NCBI GenBank assembly: GCA_964106915.2
Contig: OZ066918.1
From: Podarcis gaigeae
Taxonomy: Eukaryota
Reading direction: 5' to 3' (one strand)
Length of the DNA: 64,000 bases
Of the stretch, positions 63,245 to 64,000 are shown piece after piece; position 1 is the first letter of the stretch, and every line of letters starts with the position of its first letter. Position numbers and translations under genes: made by a program. The notes under the pieces are model-generated. The model made no database searches. It saw only the letters and a program-made list of their open reading frames with translations, and was not told the DNA's origin.

Positions 63245-63467
63245 CAGTGGTACCTCAGATTACAAACACCTCGGGTTACAAACACTTTGGGTTACAGACT
63301 CCGCTCACCCAGAAGTAGTACCTCAGGTTAAAAACAGAAATCACACGCTGGTGGTGTGGTGGCAGCGGGAGGCCCCATTAGCTAAAGTGGTACCTCAGGT
63401 TAAGAACGGTTTCAGGTTAAGAACGGACCTCCGGAACTAATTAGGTTTGTAACCAGAGGTACCACTG
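63245..63467 (-). mobile_element. Same Tc1/mariner MITE, copy 3 (opposite orientation)
   Basis: TIRs CAGTGGTACCTC...GAGGTACCACTG with TA TSD. Interior is largely the reverse complement of copy 1. Confidence 0.88.
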
Positions 63468-64000
63468 TAATAATTCAGGAGCACAAAACAGCCGTGCAAG
63501 GAGGAGGCAAGAGATCCACTCTACAAAAAATCTGACCAAAGCATTTAGGCTCATCATATTTGGGCAGGCCTGCTATTATTATGAGTATTGTTGTTTTATT
63601 GTGACCTTGCTCCAAAAAGCTCAGAGCAGCATTTTTTTTTTTTAAAAAAAAAGCTTCACAACAACAGCACTGTGAGGTAACTTCATCCATTTGTGGTAGT
63701 TGCCCAAGGCCAAAAGGGATTTGGCAGCTACAGAAAAAAATATCTTGGGACTCATCTGACCAGTGAAATAGATATTTAAGGAGGTCGTCCTTATAGCCGT
63801 TTACTTTATTAACTGTAGACAATACACTCCACCATCGCTGCTTCCGGCAGAACCCCAAACGCTTCCACCTGGAACAATTTGGACAGGCCCTATATAATGA
63901 GGGAGCAGAAAGGCTTGTAAAGAGACTGACAAACTGATGTGTTGGCAGGCGTATGCTCCGCGTCTGAGTGGTCTCTTCAAGGTTGGATGAGACATCTAAG

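Noticed and set aside
53000-64000. COL13A1 or other coding exons expected from mammalian synteny
   Set aside because: I saw no Gly-X-Y exons, CpG-island first exon or other recognisable coding sequence.
1-64000. CRISPR arrays, operons or other prokaryotic systems
   Set aside because: The sequence is clearly vertebrate. I saw no regularly spaced direct-repeat array.

Overview
Vertebrate genomic DNA, most likely a squamate and probably a lacertid lizard (inferred from Sauria/Squam1-type SINEs and other squamate repeats). Two protein-coding genes are supported, both on the + strand. NEUROG3 has a non-coding exon 1 and a single coding exon (13344-14033), a TATA/CCAAT/GATA/HES promoter and an upstream enhancer at ~5.7-6.3 kb resembling the mammalian Ngn3 distal enhancer. 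FAM241B/C10orf35 has coding exons at 47391-47483 and 48978-49256 and a GC-rich promoter at ~45.1-45.5 kb. The rest is intergenic DNA with SINEs, LINE fragments (RTE-X-like, RTE, CR1, L1-like), Tc1/mariner and hAT MITEs, a decayed hAT transposase, microsatellites and one 137-N gap. The most unusual observations are: (i) a ~190 bp inverted duplication bracketing FAM241B that I do not recognise as a TE, (ii) a 1.07 kb TSD-flanked retroposed element carrying consensus CTCF and YY1 motifs upstream of FAM241B, (iii) tandem NEUROG3->FAM241B orientation where, as I recall, mammals are divergent, and (iv) an alternative acceptor that could give an N-terminally extended NEUROG3. I did not find convincing evidence for a wholly new biological system. 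All family and gene assignments are from pattern recognition, not database searches.
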